This document shows, piece by piece, positions 61,945-64,000 of a DNA stretch of 64,000 nt. Positions within the stretch are counted from its first letter, which is position 1, and each line of letters begins with the position of its first letter. The position numbers were made by a program, and so were the translations under genes. Source of the stretch: Strigamia acuminata (taxonomy: Eukaryota); NCBI GenBank assembly GCA_949358305.1, contig OX442314.1, forward strand, positions 7,998,001 through 8,062,000, in the 5' to 3' direction. The notes below the pieces were generated by a model. It worked only from the letters and a program-made list of their open reading frames with translations. It ran no database searches and was not told where the DNA came from.

Positions 61945-64000
61945 TGTAGTTAACGTCATTTACTCCAGAATGCGTTCATATATCATTGTTTGATCATATT
62001 ATCCAATGTTTCATTGTTTTATAACAATATTCAAATGTATTTCGTTTCTTAATCGCGTTATATCGTGATTCCATTGTGTTTTCTGTATTTCCGTGCTTAA
62101 AGCACGATGCTGTATTTATTAGCATTAGGTACAATGCTGTTTGTATCTTTTCTGACATTGTTAATGTTTAATTCCGCCACCAGTTGGCGTTTACTTATGT
62201 ATTTTCACTCAACATGGCCGCTTACTTGGTTTGCAAGCTCCCACTGTGTTTCCCATCAAGTAATGGCTCTTTTTGTAAGTTTTATTTTGTTAATTAAATT
62301 GTTTATGGTTTTTAATTACTGTGCACGTTTGATATAAGTGCACAGCTTCGTTTGGTATCATTTTTACGGCCACGCACGTCGTGTAGACGTTGCTCCATTG
62401 CCGTTAAGTGCGTACGCACGTACGGCGTCACTACCGATCCCGAAACTTTCTTTCCGACCGTTTTTCGTCGTTTTGCACGATAATTCGTGCCTGTTTTTCG
62501 TCCTCTGCTACAGTTGGTAGCAGAGGATGGTTGGCTTTCCAACTGTGCACGCCAAACTGCGCTAATTTATCGCCAAATTTCGCGAATTTCGCGTTTTTTC
62601 GGCGAAAATTCCTATTTTTCAGGTCTCGGCGATTTACGACGACGATTTTCAAGCTGCCAACGACGTTTTCCCACGAGGATCGACGTTTTTGCGTACGAAG
62701 TGCATTTATTTGTGTTATTAATCGGAAAATCGTTGCGGGTTTCGCAGATTTTCCGGGTTTCTTTCATTTATTTGCAGATTTCGGCGATTTGAAGTGTTTG
62801 ACGACGTTTTTGAACGTGCAGCAACGTTTTCACACACCAAGTGTGATTATTTTCGCCGTTAACCGGGAAATTTACGCGGGTTTCGCGAATTTTCCGAATT
62901 TATTTTGTCTTTTTCAGATTTTCAACGATTCGACAACGTCCGAGCGACGTTCTCAACCAGAAACGGGTCCAGCCCGCTGTATTGCACCCCGGTGTGCGTA
63001 CAGTACCGACGATTTAGCAATTCGACGATTTTTGATCAATTTCCGCGTTTTCTACGCGTGGTTGCGTGTTGCGACGAGCACCGCAACAGATTCATCAATT
63101 TCGCCTTCCTATTGCTTTTCAGATTTCGTTATTATATTGTTATTTTTAAGTCCCCATTTTTGGAGTGGGTCCCTTAGTATCGATTTCACCCTTAGTCCAG
63201 TCGGGCTCGTGAAATTTGTATTCTGTGTTGAGGCTATCCCTGCGCCACCTAACGTTTCCGTGGCCCTAGGCGGTTTGCAAAGGGCGTTAGGGGGATACTC
63301 AGCACAGGTTATCAAGGCAATTGTAGCATTGCCTCCCCGTCGTGGTTTCCGCTTTGACAGTGCTTCGAGTGATTTGTGCGACGATACGTGTGTGCTTCTC
63401 CACAGTGCTTCGTTCTTCGAAAACAGACCGCCCGTACCACTTCTAAAGCCACGATATTTTTCACGTTTGTGTTTGGACACCGATCATGCAGAAGTCTTCC
63501 GAACTCTCGATGACGCGGGTGCCCATACTTGCCGTAGGGAACTACGAGATGTGGGCACGTAGCATGAAGATGCTACTCAAATCCGAATCTTTGTGGCATC
63601 ACGTCACAGAAGAAGACGAGGAGGAAATTAAGAAAACTGCCGATCCGAAGGAATTAAAGAAACATAAACGCCGCAAAGATAAGGCGCTAGGATTGATTTA
63701 CGGTTTTGTCTCCGAACCCAAGAAATCAGCGCTGGACAACTGCAATACGCCTAAAGAGGCGTGGGATACGCTGGCCAAAATCTACGCGCCCAGCTCCCGT
63801 GCCAGAAAAGCAGCTTTACGGCGTGAATTCCTCGGACTGCGATTGGAAAAGGGGGAAGAGATGGCTGATTTTCTGGGACGTGTGGATTACCACGTCCAGA
63901 AATTGAAAGACATTGGCGAGAAGACGTCAGAGGACCATCACGCGTACCAGTACCTTGATTTACTTCCCCCCGAGTACTCGCAGGTTTCCTTCTCGATCTA
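61945..64000 (+). mobile_element. Second Ty1/copia element, 5' end
   Basis: LTR at about 61945-62512 (TGTAG...CTACA; the start could be 61939). PBS TGGTAGCAGAGGATGGTT (tRNA-iMet 3' end) at 62515-62532. Confidence 0.8.
63486..64000 (+). CDS. Copia gag, running off the right edge of the window
   Basis: MQKSSELSMTRVPILAVGNYEMWARSMKMLLKSESLWHHV...KDKALGLI...TPKEAWDTLAKIYAPSSRARK; open to the window end. Confidence 0.88.
   Translation, partial: MQKSSELSMTRVPILAVGNYEMWARSMKMLLKSESLWHHVTEEDEEEIKKTADPKELKKHKRRKDKALGLIYGFVSEPKKSALDNCNTPKEAWDTLAKIYAPSSRARKAALRREFLGLRLEKGEEMADFLGRVDYHVQKLKDIGEKTSEDHHAYQYLDLLPPEYSQVSFSI

Noticed and set aside
62408..63562. 384-aa ORF
   Set aside because: It spans the LTR, PBS and leader of the copia, has no recognisable motif and is out of frame with gag.

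Overview
Eukaryotic (AT-rich, probably invertebrate) genomic DNA. The backbone is a minus-strand tandem array of four DEG/ENaC (ASIC/pickpocket-like) channel genes, here called A-D. Each reconstructable copy encodes two channel subunits fused in one chain (TM1-ECD-TM2-linker-TM1-ECD-TM2). Copy C (25600-29721, 11 exons, about 793 aa) reads through intact. Copy D is intact apart from two LTR-element insertions in exons, copy B keeps only its last two exons, and copy A cannot be followed past exon 7. An intronless, C-terminally truncated cullin-5 copy, a tRNA-iMet gene and a probable ankyrin ORF are also present. The rest is dense transposon content: two Ty1/copia elements, a near-intact BEL/Pao, a coding-intact Ty3/gypsy with a possible spliced extra gene, Mag-like gypsy fragments, solo LTRs, a short-LTR non-autonomous element, a Maverick/Polinton fragment and many MITEs. 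All splice sites and family assignments were read by eye, with no database search.
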